This document shows, piece by piece, positions 63,089 through 64,000 of a stretch of DNA of 64,000 bases. The stretch comes from Mobula hypostoma. Taxonomy: Eukaryota. Position 1 is the stretch's first letter; the number at the start of each line of letters is the position of its first letter. The notes beneath the pieces are model-generated. The model did no database searches. It had not been told where the DNA came from and saw only the letters and a list, made by a program, of their open reading frames with translations. Location of the stretch: contig NC_086108.1 in assembly GCF_963921235.1 (NCBI RefSeq), positions 80,540,001 through 80,604,000 on the forward strand, written 5' to 3'. The position numbers and the translations under genes were made by a program.

Positions 63089-64000
63089 ATCTGAGATAGC
63101 TTCCTTAACTCATATGTTTTGGTCATGTCCTCTGTTGAAGAAATATTGGAAAGATATCTTTGATATTATTTCAACTGTTCTGGATATTGATTTACAACCT
63201 CACCCCATTACTGCAATTTTTGGTTTACCAGTGATAGAACAAAGTCACTTGACCTCTTCATCTTGTTGGATGATTGCATTTGTTACATTAATGGTTAGAA
63301 GATCCATACTATTGAATTAGAAAGAGATTAATCCTCCCACTACATTTCAATGGTTCTCTCAAACTATATCATGTTTAAATTTAGAAAAAATTAGAAGTTT
63401 CATTTATGATCCTTCTATTAAATTTGAAGAGACTTGGAGGCCATTTATTCAATACTTTCATACGATGTAATTTGACTCTCTCCAATTCTATTCTGCTACT
63501 TTTAAATATATGGAGAGAGGAGCGGAGTTAATGACACTATTGGTTTTATCTGATGTAACATAAAAAAGAAAAAGAAATGGGCTTATTGGGGTATATATTT
63601 TTTTCTTATTTTCTTTTTCCATGATATTTTTGTATATATTTTTGTCTATATATTATTATATTTGTACTCTGTAAGATTTTGGGAGGTTATTATCTGTGTG
63701 TTAACTGTGCTTATATTTATATATACTAATTATTAACAATGTAATCCCAGTAGCTTTGTATCAATTCTTTGTAATGTTTAAGAATTTGATATTAATAAAA
63801 AGATTGAAAAAGAAAGAAAGATTCACCTCTTCACTCCCAGAGTGGGTGCAGGGAATGAAAACATTGTTGAGAAAGTGAATTTAACAAGTATAGCTGACCC
63901 AGATGTGTTGGAAGTCCAAGAGATTCGTGTCCCATTTCTGGAGAACTGGCACAACACAACTGAGGTCTTCTGGTTAAGATCCCAGCTCTAAAAGCTATGA

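Larger units (their letters stand above)
59438..63820 (+). mobile_element. L1-clade LINE, 5'-truncated, disrupted ORF2
   Basis: ISDHAPL (endonuclease end), LWDTFKAYIRGQII, GKAPGPDG, DQTGFI, SLDAEKAFDRVEW, RGTRQGCPLSPLLF, YAD(Y), GGLALPN, HMFWSCP; aataaa plus A-rich tail; weak 5-bp TSD attca. Confidence 0.95.

Overview
Repeat-dense, apparently intronic or intergenic vertebrate DNA. The repeat mix (abundant CR1, Rex1/Babar, Penelope-like elements, a V-SINE core, L1, Gypsy) suggests a cartilaginous fish such as a ray; this is an inference. No intact host protein-coding gene is supported, and nearly all recognisable ORFs are decayed transposon pieces. Main contents: a degenerate chromodomain-bearing Gypsy provirus (1556-6830), many CR1 and Rex1 LINE fragments, a 5'-truncated L1 (59438-63820), solo LTRs, hAT, Harbinger-like and Tigger-like non-autonomous DNA elements, and numerous Penelope-derived pieces, often nested. 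Two signals stand out. (1) A TSD-flanked, RTE-tailed retroposon (14001-14578) inside a hAT MITE carries two pieces resembling host ZFTRAF1/CYHR1 coding sequence, in swapped order. (2) Penelope-type termini carry minimal hammerhead-ribozyme motifs, and a TSD-flanked tandem array of 91-92 bp units (58945-59306) matches the segment just 3' of the predicted ribozyme cleavage site. A few minus-strand candidate exons and a possible conserved enhancer are low-confidence. All family and gene assignments come from motif recognition, not database searches.
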